In this document: positions 39,737 to 48,682 of the stretch, piece after piece
Layout of the letters: each line of letters starts with the position of its first letter
Numbering within the stretch: position 1 is the first letter of the stretch
Source: Thermoproteota archaeon
GTDB taxonomy: Archaea; Korarchaeota; Korarchaeia; B14-G2
DNA: 64,000 nt
Assembly (NCBI GenBank): GCA_037917675.1
Contig: JAVCBW010000005.1
Span: 64,001-128,000 of the forward strand
Direction: 5' to 3'
Made by a program: the position numbers and the translations under genes
Notes under the pieces: generated by a model
The model's input: the letters and a program-made list of their open reading frames with translations, nothing else
The model's database searches: none
Told to the model about the DNA's origin: nothing

Positions 39737-40249
39737 ATGCCAGAAGAGCTCACGTGTATACTGGATGCGTCAGCGTTCATTGGAGGCCTTAGCCCCTTTT
39801 CGATCAGATGCCATAGGATCCTGACGTGCAGCAGTGTTATAGAGGAGCTAGCTGACATCAAGAGCTCCTCCTACCTGGAGGCAGGGCTTGCATCCAAGAG
39901 AATCGAAGTCATAGACCCTGAGGAGAGGTATGTTAGAGAGGTTGCCGAGGAGGCGAAGAGGAAAAGCCTCTATAAGGCGCTCTCCACAACAGATATAGAA
40001 GTTTTAGCACTCGCGCTACAGGAGAGAAGTAGAGGGAATGCTGTGATCGTATACACTGATGATCAAGTTATGCAGAGCATGTGCATCTACATGAAGCTGA
40101 GGTGGAGGGGAGTAAGGAGGAAGGGCGTAAAGAGGCCTGTCAGCATAGAGGTCAGATGCAAGCTCTGTGGAAAGAGCTATGGCAAGCTGGACTTAGAGGA
40201 ATGCCCGCTATGTGGCGGTGAGCTCGAGGTTGTAAGGAGATATGGATGA
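39737..40249 (+). CDS. nob1: Nob1 PIN endoribonuclease
   Basis: ILDASAF, LS.TDIEVLALA, TDD, C-terminal CKLCG...CPLCGG. Confidence 0.88.
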   Translation: MPEELTCILDASAFIGGLSPFSIRCHRILTCSSVIEELADIKSSSYLEAGLASKRIEVIDPEERYVREVAEEAKRKSLYKALSTTDIEVLALALQERSRGNAVIVYTDDQVMQSMCIYMKLRWRGVRRKGVKRPVSIEVRCKLCGKSYGKLDLEECPLCGGELEVVRRYG

Positions 40250-41394
40250 AGCTCTCTCTAAAGCTTGAGACCGACGTACTCGAGCTTGTTAGGCTAGTTT
40301 ATGGAGCTAAGACGGATGCCGTCTTGAGGACGCTAGCTACCCCTACATCCAGGTACTTTGTCAGAGTAAACACCATTAAGACAAGCGTAGAGAGGCTGCT
40401 GAGAAGCCTCTGGAAAAGGGGGATCGAAGTACACGTGCACCCTGAGGTTGAAGAAGCCCTCTACTTCCCTGTAAAGGGACCATTCACGCTGCAGCAGCTT
40501 GAAAGAGAAGTCAGGGCTGACAAGAAGGCTGCTGAGAGCGTTATACAGGGAGCAGACCTGTACTGCCCAGGGGTATTAAGAGCTAGTAGCGGCATCAAGA
40601 ATGGAGATGAAGTCTCTATAGTAGAGGAGTATACTGGAGCTCATGTAGCCAATGGCATAGCAGTCATAGGCAGGAGAAGGATGCTTTCCTGTAGAAGAGG
40701 GAGAGCAGTTAGAGTTACACATCCACTGTTTAAGGCACCAAAGATCAGAGAGATGCCTGAGTACAGTGAGGGACTAATATACCCTCAAACTCTACCTTCA
40801 ATGCTAGCAGTGCTAGCGCTGGAACCTTGGAGACACAGCCGGATACTAGATATGTGTGCAGCACCAGGTGGAAAGCTCACTTACATCATGCAGCTAGCCC
40901 CACATGCTGAAGTCATAGGAGTAGATAGGAATAGGAAGAAGATCATGGAGATTAAGCAGACTATTGCAAGGCTGAAGATTCGGGAGGCAAAGCTACTAGT
41001 AGAGGACTCCAGATACCTTGACATCAGATACCCCTCACTCAGACCAGACGCCATACTCTTAGACCCCCCATGTTCAGCTTTAGGAGTGAGACCTAAGCTC
41101 TATGACAAGAAGACCAGGAGGGACGTAGAAGCCTTAGCGTGCCTCCAAAGACAGCTTCTGAAGGTTGCTGCAAAGATCCTCAAGCCTGGTGGGACTCTAG
41201 TTTATAGTGTTTGCACCGCGACAGCTAACGAGTGTGAGAAGAATGTAGAGTATGCAACTGCCCTGGGACTCGAGCCAACAGAACCCCATGAAGTGGTCAG
41301 AAAGCTTGGAGAAGCTTCAGATGGAGCTGTCAGATTCCACCCTCACATCCATGATACACCAGGCTTCTTCATAGCTGTCTTCACAAAGCAGTAG
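40246..41394 (+). CDS. RsmB/NOP2 (NSUN6-like) RNA m5C methyltransferase with PUA domain
   Basis: AESV..GADLY.PGV, LDMCAAPGGK, LDPPCS, YSVCT..E.E. Confidence 0.9.
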   Translation: MKLSLKLETDVLELVRLVYGAKTDAVLRTLATPTSRYFVRVNTIKTSVERLLRSLWKRGIEVHVHPEVEEALYFPVKGPFTLQQLEREVRADKKAAESVIQGADLYCPGVLRASSGIKNGDEVSIVEEYTGAHVANGIAVIGRRRMLSCRRGRAVRVTHPLFKAPKIREMPEYSEGLIYPQTLPSMLAVLALEPWRHSRILDMCAAPGGKLTYIMQLAPHAEVIGVDRNRKKIMEIKQTIARLKIREAKLLVEDSRYLDIRYPSLRPDAILLDPPCSALGVRPKLYDKKTRRDVEALACLQRQLLKVAAKILKPGGTLVYSVCTATANECEKNVEYATALGLEPTEPHEVVRKLGEASDGAVRFHPHIHDTPGFFIAVFTKQ

Positions 41395-41432
41395 AAAACA
41401 TTTAATATCCCTGTAAGCAAAGTAATAGCTTA

Positions 41433-41531
41433 GCGGGGGTAGCCAAGCCTGGCCAACGGCGGCAGAAGCTGCTGAGACTCAAGATCTGCTCCCTTAGGGG
41501 TTCGTGGGTTCAAATCCCACCCCCCGCACCA
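41433..41531 (+). tRNA. tRNA-Leu(CAA) with an 11-nt intron at position 30/31 (41466-41476); CCA encoded
   Basis: GCGGGGG/CCCCCGC acceptor stem, long variable arm, GTGGG-TTCAAAT-CCCAC T arm; removing AAGCTGCTGAG gives GCAGA-CTCAAGA-TCTGC. Confidence 0.92.
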
Positions 41532-41534
41532 TAT

Positions 41535-41556
41535 CTAAAGGCCTGCTAAAGGCCTG
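41535..41556 (+). repeat. Tandem 11-bp duplication CTAAAGGCCTG x2 at the tRNA/island junction
   Basis: Directly visible, 3 nt after the tRNA CCA. Confidence 0.85.
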
Positions 41557-42714
41557 CATGGAGATTGTATCCTCAAAATTGATCCACCTGAAGGTGCGCA
41601 CTTCTTAAGAATAAGAGTAGCATACGAACCATTGAACCGCTCTATTGAATAGAAGGAATTGTTAAAAAATATAATTAGAATGGGAGTAGAAGTAAATGGA
41701 GTTATGACCGATGATGGCTTACATGTTAATGGAACAGATTTAACAAAAGCAATAAGCCAAAGATTTTGGATCAACTATTACATACTAAAACCTGAAGAAG
41801 ATTCTGATGGAGATGGAATACCAAATAGCATTAAAATAGGTGAGAACCATTACAGAGCTTTAGATACTAATCCAAGAATACTAGATCCAAAACCCATTAA
41901 AAATAGTATGAGTGTTGGAGTTTGGTATATTACAGGCTGGGGACTGAAAGGAAGATCAGTCGATTGGTCAATAGGCGCATCATTTCATTCTCTTTTAGGA
42001 AATTATTCTTCTAATGATCCTGACGTAGCGGATTGGCATATAAAGTGGGCTGTTGAACATGGGATAAATGTCTTTATATCCCCTTATACAAAGCCTTTAT
42101 GGGGATGGGAGAATAATCTTGAAGATGGATTGCTAAGAGCTAGGTTCTTACCTTATATTAAGTGGGCAATCATGTTCAACAATGAACCATTTTGGCCTGG
42201 AAATCCATTTGGATTTGATCCTTCTTACCTAGACAAGCTAACTAATGAAACAATAAGCTATATCGCAAAAAACTATTTTGACAGCCCTTCCTACTTTAAA
42301 ATTGATAATAAACCTTTAATGATATACAACGCGGCAGTTTATCATGATGATATCATTGGCCATGAAAAATTTAGTAAGTTTATTGATGAAATTCGAAATA
42401 TCACAAATAGAACAGGAAATTCTGTTTATCTTGTAGGAGATGTTATGAGTACGTGGATAGGCTATGATGAAAATGCATTAAAACATGCTAAAGAAGTTAT
42501 AAGTTCTCTCGACGCAGTCTCCGCTTATGCAGTCCTAGATGCTGGCGAACATTGGGAATTTGATGAAAAAGGAAATGTACACCTAATAAAACCCTACGAT
42601 ACTATGGTTGATGTTGTCACGATAAGTTTGACAAAACGGTCTAACGTATTTTTACCAAAGCTTATCTTCATAGCTCACCACTCAACTCATGTCGGCCTTA
42701 CAGGCCTTAGTTGA
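41539..42714 (+). pseudogene. AT-rich GH99/GH71-like glycoside hydrolase fragment
   Basis: VGVWY..W, LLG.YSS.DP.V..WHIKWA..HGI..F, YFKIDNKP, DSDGDG Ca-binding motif; in-frame TAG at 41650-52; C-terminus runs into IS sequence near 42613. Confidence 0.7.
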
Positions 42715-42918
42715 TATGGTTAAGGAGGCGAAGGTGTTCAAGCGCAACAAGACTCCGTTGGAGAAGAAGGTGCTCGCCAGCATGCTATGCTTTGCCGGCC
42801 TATCTTACAGGAAGGTAGCTAGCTTGGTCGATGGATGTCGAGGATGGCGGTGCAACGGGCATTCATAGCTATGAAGAGCTTACCTAAGCCTGAGGAGGGA
42901 AGGCTTCCCACTACATGA
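42613..42918 (+). mobile_element. Truncated, frameshifted IS6-like transposase N-terminus with putative left end
   Basis: ATG 42689: MSALQALVDMVKEAKVFKRNKTPLEKKVLASMLCFAGLSYRKVASLVDG / MSRMAVQRAFIAMKSLPKPE (HTH, GLSYR); DDE domain absent. Confidence 0.7.
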
Positions 42919-43120
42919 GTAAAAGTATGAATGTAGCGGGAAACCAGAACGGGAAATGTAGAGAGCATTTTGACGTCACGGTTTGAGATGTAGGATTGTC
43001 GAATTCTTCATGGATATCTGAGAGCAATAGCAGATTATGCTCAGATGGTCTTTAGCAAAGTTAATCTAGAGATCTGCTAGCAGAGTTTAGCGGAGTTTCC
43101 ATCTGCACTTGGTGTAGGAT

Positions 43121-43879
43121 ATGAGGCTGTCGACGACACTTGCTATAATGGTACTGGGGGTGTTAGCTATCACAGCAGTCAGTTTCCTGATTCCTGGCAG
43201 AGAGGGGAAGGCGCCTTTTGAGCTTGAAGTCAGGTTTCAAGCTTCGGAGAAGTGTGTCTATGAGAGCACTAGCAGAGGTGGTGTGGCCAAAGTTGTTATG
43301 GAGTTGACTTCTCAGGTAGAGCTTAATGGAAGCATGTTCTATAGGATAGTTGGGAGTATACATGAGGAGGATGGAGAAAACAGTTATGTTGTGAGAGAGG
43401 AGCTTCTAGCGTCATGCAATAGCCTTCTGCCTATCATAGTGAACCTCACATATGTAAACAATAGTGTTGTCGTCGCTAGGCTTAACATGACGTTCAGTCA
43501 GGAGAAGGGGAAGGTTCTGATATGCTTCTACAGAGCTGGGCTTGAGGATGCTAAGGTAGTGTGCATAGAGCCAGGTAGGAGGGTTTATGACTCGCTCTCA
43601 GAGCTCTACTTCCTCAGGTCTATCAAGTGGAGAGAGGGTGTTATGGCTAGGTTCTATCTTTTGGCGTCAGACTTTAAGGTTGAGGAGGTGGAGGCTTCCT
43701 TTGCAGGATACGAGAGCCTGGTGGTCCCAGCTGGAAGCTTCAGCTGTGTTAAAGTCTTTGTTAGAACGCCTAGGGATGAGATATGGGTCTGGATAAGCTT
43801 AGATTCGCCTCACCAGATAGTTCAGATAGAGAGTAAGAGGGAGCAGTCTCTTCTCAAGCTTGTAGACTACAGCAGCTAG
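43121..43879 (+). CDS. Secreted or membrane-anchored beta-rich protein (DUF3108-like)
   Basis: N-terminal TM; YDSLS.LY.LR, E.L.VPAG.F.C.KV, VWIS.D. Confidence 0.6.
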   Translation: MRLSTTLAIMVLGVLAITAVSFLIPGREGKAPFELEVRFQASEKCVYESTSRGGVAKVVMELTSQVELNGSMFYRIVGSIHEEDGENSYVVREELLASCNSLLPIIVNLTYVNNSVVVARLNMTFSQEKGKVLICFYRAGLEDAKVVCIEPGRRVYDSLSELYFLRSIKWREGVMARFYLLASDFKVEEVEASFAGYESLVVPAGSFSCVKVFVRTPRDEIWVWISLDSPHQIVQIESKREQSLLKLVDYSS

Positions 43880-44889
43880 CTGGGCTCTTTAAGCAGGCTA
43901 GCTATGCTCTCAGATAGTACTATAACGTTAGTCTTCCCCTGAGGTCTCTTGATGACAAACCCTTTCTCCTCAAGAGCCTTTAAGATCCTGCTGACTTTAG
44001 CCTTAGATAAGCCTGTTGCCTCTGGGAGCTCCTTTTGCAGCATAGATCCCCCAGCATCAAGCACCACTCTCAGAATAGCCTTCTCGTCTTCAGTAAGCAG
44101 ATCCATGCGGGCTACCTTGGGGCCCTTACCTCTCCTCCTAATTCTCATGAGAAGTAAAGCTGCTATCATACCTCCTACTGTAGCTGCAGCTATGCCTGCT
44201 GCTAGGAGAGGGGCTTTAGTCCCCTCACCTGCTACGATAGAAGCTGATACAGAGACTCTCTGGCCTGGATCTAGATGGCTGAAGCCCCACTCTATGGTCA
44301 TCTTACCGGACCAAATGTTTAACTCTGTTCTGTTTGGTGTCGGGAAGTATATGGGGAGAGCTTCGACTATCTGCTTCGCCATGTATCCCTCTGGGAGGAC
44401 GAACTTTATCAGAAGGCTGTTGACAGAGGCGTTTGGGCAGAAGAACTCATAGGACACATAGAGCTTCTCACCTTCGAGGACGCCGACTCTGACATTGCGC
44501 CTGTAAGCATAAACGAACATCTTGAACTTGAACTCCTTGCTTGATCCAGGAGGAATACTGTCTTGGAAAGTTAACATCACGGAGTCACGGAATCCAGAGA
44601 CATTGCTTATGACTTTAACTGTATACCTCTGCTCACCTCCTATAGGCTCTGGAATAACCTCGCTTACCCTGTACTTCCTGAGAGCCTCAGGGGGTATGAC
44701 TGGGAAAACCAGAGATCTTACTGGAACTTGCCCGCTATTCGACACGAGCCCTGAGACTACTATGGTAACTGGCGCGTCTGCTGGAGGAATAAGCAACTCC
44801 ACCTCGAGCCTAGAGATAGTTGCCTCAGCCTGCTGAGGAAGGAGCGCTATAAAGGCTAGTAGAGCAAGCGACATTATCATCTTGATCAA
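43876..44889 (-). CDS. Membrane-anchored protein with extracellular domain and cytoplasmic wHTH (COG2512-like)
   Basis: Signal peptide, TM, LTEDEK.IL..V...GG..LQKEL..TGLSKAKVSRILK.LE.KG. Confidence 0.85.
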   Translation of the reverse strand: MIKMIMSLALLAFIALLPQQAEATISRLEVELLIPPADAPVTIVVSGLVSNSGQVPVRSLVFPVIPPEALRKYRVSEVIPEPIGGEQRYTVKVISNVSGFRDSVMLTFQDSIPPGSSKEFKFKMFVYAYRRNVRVGVLEGEKLYVSYEFFCPNASVNSLLIKFVLPEGYMAKQIVEALPIYFPTPNRTELNIWSGKMTIEWGFSHLDPGQRVSVSASIVAGEGTKAPLLAAGIAAATVGGMIAALLLMRIRRRGKGPKVARMDLLTEDEKAILRVVLDAGGSMLQKELPEATGLSKAKVSRILKALEEKGFVIKRPQGKTNVIVLSESIASLLKEPS

Positions 44890-45038
44890 AACATGACACC
44901 TTTAACATGATGGTATTGAGACTCCTAGCTGCTGGCATCTTTATACTTTTTCCTGAGCTGGCCTCAGTCTAAGGCATAGGTGAGAGGGAATACCTAAGAT
45001 AACATTTTTATCCCAGAGCTTAGAGAGTATAGGTGAAT

Positions 45039-45157
45039 GCGGGGGTTGCCGAGCCTGGACAAAGGCGCAGGAGCCGTTATGGCGGTGTGACTTAAGATCT
45101 GGGTGGTGAGGCATCCTGTCCCTTAGGGGTTCGTGGGTTCAAATCCCACCCCCCGCA
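45039..45157 (+). tRNA. tRNA-Leu(TAA) with two introns: 30/31 (45072-45089, 18 nt) and 37/38 (45097-45112, 16 nt); CCA not encoded
   Basis: Removing both introns gives CAGGA-CTTAAGA-TCCTG; acceptor stem, variable arm and T arm match the other Leu tRNA; BHB geometry fits both introns. Confidence 0.9.
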
Positions 45158-45173
45158 CAGGCAGGTGAGGACT

Positions 45174-45542
45174 TTGGAGAGTGAGCTGCTGCTAGCTAAG
45201 TTGAGGAAGCTGGCTCAAATGCAGAGGAGGATAGCTGTAGCAAGAGAGGAGGAGGAGAGGAGGAGAAGAAGAGAGGAGGAGAGAGCTAGACTCATATCCA
45301 GCATCACTACGCGGGATGGAGCTGAGAAACTTGAAGCTCTTAGAAGTAGTAGCCCGGAGCTTGCGAGGAAAATAGAGGATGTCATGCTGGAGATAGGTAG
45401 GATCTATGGGTTTAGGGTGGTATTTGACAGGTATGCTATTGAGGCTATCAGAAGGAAGCTTACTGGAGAGGAGACCAAGATAAGAATTCAGAGAGAAGGG
45501 CGTACGATAGACTTCAGCGAGTACATTAGAGGAAAAACGTGA
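45174..45542 (+). CDS. PDCD5-like dsDNA-binding protein
   Basis: ELL..KLR.L...R..I.T.D..E.L..LR...PELA..IE pattern; SD GGTGAGG before TTG 45174. Confidence 0.65.
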   Translation: MESELLLAKLRKLAQMQRRIAVAREEEERRRRREEERARLISSITTRDGAEKLEALRSSSPELARKIEDVMLEIGRIYGFRVVFDRYAIEAIRRKLTGEETKIRIQREGRTIDFSEYIRGKT

Positions 45543-45600
45543 AGACTGCTTCATAGGCTAAAGTTATAAATAGCTTCCTTCGGGTACCTGCTGATCAGCC

Positions 45601-46407
45601 TTGCTAGCAGTTAGAGCCTTAGAGGGGCTTTTAGTTACATCTTTCTTAGGGCTGCTAAGCTATAAGAGGAGGCTAGTTGATGTAAGCGGTGTTATAGCAG
45701 GCATATTTGTTGGGACTAGTGTAATAGTATTCGGTAGCTGGAGGATGTTCATACTGTTAGCTACATTCCACTTTGTAGCAGGATTCTTCACACATTACAA
45801 GTATGAGGTTAAAGCAGCTAAGGGGGTTGCAGAGTTTAAGAGAGGAGCTAGATCCTGGCAGAATGTCCTAGCGAATGGGCTTATACCAGCCTTAACTGCA
45901 GTGGCAGAATACTTCCATGGAGGAAGCATAGCAACCTTAGCCTTCGTTGGAGCTGTAGGAGCTTCACTATCAGATACACTCAGCAATGAAGTTGGTGTCT
46001 TGAACCCCTCACCTCCGAGGCTAATAACCTCACTGAGGATTAAGGTTCCTCCAGGCTATCCTGGAGGAGTTTCTCCACTGGGGACATTCACAGCGTTTGC
46101 TGCACCCTTGTCTCTAGGAGCTATGGCCTACTGGCTTAGAGTGATACCAGAGAGCAAGCTTGCAGCACTCTGTGTAGGTCTCGCTGGCGCCATCGGCTCT
46201 ATGGTGGATAGCCTGATAGGCGCAACCCTACAGGGGGTTTATGTCTGTAGGGTATGTGGGAAGTTTACTGAGAGGAGGCACCACTGTGGGAGACCTGCTA
46301 GGCTTCATAGAGGCTATAAGGTGGTTAATAACCATGTTGTCAACTTACTGATGTCTACTGCTGGAGCAGCAGCTGCGGTGGCGATGTGGATGTTATTAAA
46401 CTTCTAG
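45601..46407 (+). CDS. DUF92 (TMEM19-like) membrane protein
   Basis: R.WQNVLANG, DTLSNEVG, PPG..GGVS.LG, DSLIGATLQ, NHVVN. Confidence 0.9.
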   Translation: MLAVRALEGLLVTSFLGLLSYKRRLVDVSGVIAGIFVGTSVIVFGSWRMFILLATFHFVAGFFTHYKYEVKAAKGVAEFKRGARSWQNVLANGLIPALTAVAEYFHGGSIATLAFVGAVGASLSDTLSNEVGVLNPSPPRLITSLRIKVPPGYPGGVSPLGTFTAFAAPLSLGAMAYWLRVIPESKLAALCVGLAGAIGSMVDSLIGATLQGVYVCRVCGKFTERRHHCGRPARLHRGYKVVNNHVVNLLMSTAGAAAAVAMWMLLNF

Positions 46408-46470
46408 GAACAGTTATAAATCATCGACGGAAGATTTATATATAACCTTATATTAATTTTTTTGGTGAGT

Positions 46471-47424
46471 ATGCGAGAGCTCATAGGTGAGATACCTAAG
46501 AAGTGCCCATACTGTGGTAGTGATAGGATAGTAATAGATGCAGGTAGTGGAGAAGCTGTCTGTATGGGATGTGGTAGAGTAATAGAGGAGAACCTCATAG
46601 ATAGTGGGAAGGAGTGGAGAGAGTTCGATGACGAAGTGAGTGCTGAAAGGGCTAGAGTAGGGCCTTCAACCTCACCTATCAAGGTAGGCTTTGGTCTAAC
46701 GACAGAGTTCGACCTGTATAGCAAGGGGGTAAAGCTTCCCCAGGAGATTAGGAAGAAGGCAAGCAAGATAGCTCTCCTCCAATGGAGGGCGACAAGGGAT
46801 ACTATGCCAAAGAGGTCTGTTAGCGCAGCACTACCACAGCTAAAGAGGGCAGCCTCAGGTCTAGGGCTCTCAGATCACGTGATAGAGGAGGCAGCCATGA
46901 TATATAGAAAGGCTTCAGCAGCAGACCTGATTAAGGGCAGAAGCGTGATAGCTACAATGGCAGCAGCAGTGTACATAGCTGTAAGACTAAACTATGTCGC
47001 GAGAACTCTTGAGGAGGTAGCTAGAGAATTTGGAATCTCAGAGAAAGATCTCGGAAGGAATTTCAGGCTTCTGATCAGAGAGCTAAACCTGAAGCTACCA
47101 CCTCCATCACCAGAGGCCTTCGTAGAGAGGATCTGTGGAGAGCTAAAGCTTCCAGGTGAAGTGGCTGCTAGAGCCCATCAGGTGCTGAAGAAGGCGAGAG
47201 AAGCTGGTATAACAATGGGCAAGGAGCCCTGTGGGATAGCTGCAGCAGCAGTGTACATGGCTTGCCAGGAGACCAATGAGAAGAGAACCCAGAGAGAGCT
47301 AGCTCAGGCAGCTGGAGTAACAGAGGTAACTGTGAGAAATAGGTTCAAGGAGCTTGTAAACAAGCTTTACCCCGGCAAGGTGATAGTGGAGGAGGTGGCA
47401 GAAAGGAGGAGGGGGAAGGAGTAG
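46471..47424 (+). CDS. tfb: Transcription initiation factor B
   Basis: CPYCG...CMGCG zinc ribbon, EWREF, GRS, two cyclin repeats, GVTEVTVRNR. Confidence 0.97.
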   Translation: MRELIGEIPKKCPYCGSDRIVIDAGSGEAVCMGCGRVIEENLIDSGKEWREFDDEVSAERARVGPSTSPIKVGFGLTTEFDLYSKGVKLPQEIRKKASKIALLQWRATRDTMPKRSVSAALPQLKRAASGLGLSDHVIEEAAMIYRKASAADLIKGRSVIATMAAAVYIAVRLNYVARTLEEVAREFGISEKDLGRNFRLLIRELNLKLPPPSPEAFVERICGELKLPGEVAARAHQVLKKAREAGITMGKEPCGIAAAAVYMACQETNEKRTQRELAQAAGVTEVTVRNRFKELVNKLYPGKVIVEEVAERRRGKE

Positions 47425-47727
47425 CTATTCCTCGACCTCAATCCTCTCAGGTGGGAAGCCACGTTTCTCAAGGAGCTCCCTGACCTTCTTCGTGTGCTTG
47501 CCCTGCAGTATTATCATATTCTCCTTGACAGTACCTCCACAAGCACACTTAGACTTCAAGTACTTGGCTACCTCATATATGTCGTCATCTGGAACCCCCT
47601 CTATTATGGTTACATCCTTTCCCCACTTTCTTTTCTCTGCCCTTATCTTGATTATCTGGAGCTCTAGCTCACGGGTCTTACACGTGCAGAGCGCTATCGG
47701 CAGCCCGCAGATCTCACATCTCTCCAT
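47425..47727 (-). CDS. Translation initiation factor aIF1 (SUI1)
   Basis: CEICGLP..LC.C, KRKWGK.VTIIEG, LKSKCACGGTVK, LQG.H. Confidence 0.93.
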   Translation of the reverse strand: MERCEICGLPIALCTCKTRELELQIIKIRAEKRKWGKDVTIIEGVPDDDIYEVAKYLKSKCACGGTVKENMIILQGKHTKKVRELLEKRGFPPERIEVEE

Positions 47728-47875
47728 GATATCCCACAACAGCCTCAGTCTCTAAAGCATACTACACTAGGGTTTAAAACTTTATCGTAGCTTAGGCTGT
47801 AGTCTCCTAGGCTAAGAGGAGACTTTCTTAAGGCAAGTTTAAAGAGCACGCTAAAGGTAGTTGGGGGGTGTAGCC

Positions 47876-48028
47876 ATGAGCTATATATGTGCTAAGTGCA
47901 AGAGGATAATGACGATTGAGCAGCTCCAGACAAGCTTTATGAGCCCGAGAGCGAGATGCGTCTACTGTCAGTCTAAAGTCCTATTTAAGGCGAGACCACC
48001 TATCGTGAGGAGGGTTAAGGCTATATGA
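47876..48028 (+). CDS. rpoP: DNA-directed RNA polymerase subunit P (Rpo12), 50 aa
   Basis: Manual translation MSYICAKCKR...RCVYCQSKVLFKARPPIVRRVKAI*; below ORF-track cutoff. Confidence 0.9.
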   Translation: MSYICAKCKRIMTIEQLQTSFMSPRARCVYCQSKVLFKARPPIVRRVKAI

Positions 48029-48564
48029 GCCTGCAGAAGCATATAGCTAAGAACATAGCCTCAGTGATCCTGCTTGCTATCAGCATATACATTGCTACCA
48101 ACATCCTCGTAGTATATGCTCTCGGGACTAAAACTCCATTCACAGTGGTCACAAGCGGTTCTATGAGGCCTACTTTGATGGAGGGCGACCTGCTCATAGT
48201 ACGGGGAGTCAGCAACCCAAACAGCCTTAAGGAGGGAGACATAATAGTTTTCAGATACAAGTTCAGTGACAAGCCTGTTGTACATAGGATAGTCAAGATC
48301 ATACGTACGCAAGATGGAAGCGTATACTACCAGACGAAGGGTGATGCTAACCCTGCTCCTGATGCAGGGTATAGGACGATAGAGGACATACTTGGAGTCG
48401 TAGCATTCAGGATCCCAAAGCTGGGTTATGTGTTCTGGTTCTTTCATACAACAGAGGGAAGAACTCTAGCACTTCTACTCATAGCAGGTATAGTGGTGTG
48501 GAGTATAGTCAGAGAGAAGAGGGAAAGAGAGGAGGAGCTGCTAGAGGAGACAGAAGAAGGGTAA
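48025..48564 (+). CDS. Signal peptidase I (Sec11/SipW type)
   Basis: VVTSGSM.P...GD, VVHRI, TKGDAN..D. Confidence 0.93.
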   Translation: MSLQKHIAKNIASVILLAISIYIATNILVVYALGTKTPFTVVTSGSMRPTLMEGDLLIVRGVSNPNSLKEGDIIVFRYKFSDKPVVHRIVKIIRTQDGSVYYQTKGDANPAPDAGYRTIEDILGVVAFRIPKLGYVFWFFHTTEGRTLALLLIAGIVVWSIVREKREREEELLEETEEG

Positions 48565-48682
48565 AGCAAGGTTCTCCTCTGAGCTCATTGAATAAAAATT
48601 TTCACTTTTATGGAGAAGAGTGTTGCATAAAATGCCACTATGTATTTATAGAATGTCAATACAATAAGCTAGTGTGAGGTAG

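Noticed and set aside
41650-41652. In-frame TAG as possible pyrrolysine or stop recoding
   Set aside because: TAG is the normal stop for many conserved genes here, and this gene is truncated at both ends, which fits pseudogenisation.
41490-45158. 40-bp perfect direct repeat (41490-41529 / 45119-45158) suggesting attL/attR of an integrated element
   Set aside because: Both copies are the 3' halves of complete tRNA-Leu genes with different anticodons and their own TATA boxes, and no integrase lies between them. Isoacceptor similarity explains the repeat.
45241-45290. GA-rich low-complexity tract
   Set aside because: It encodes the EEEERRRRREEER charged helix of the PDCD5-like protein and is not an independent repeat element.
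47776-47790. AAACTTTATCGT resembling the reverse complement of the putative IS left end at 42613
   Set aside because: Short and imperfect, overlaps a core promoter, and would enclose essential genes. Probably chance.
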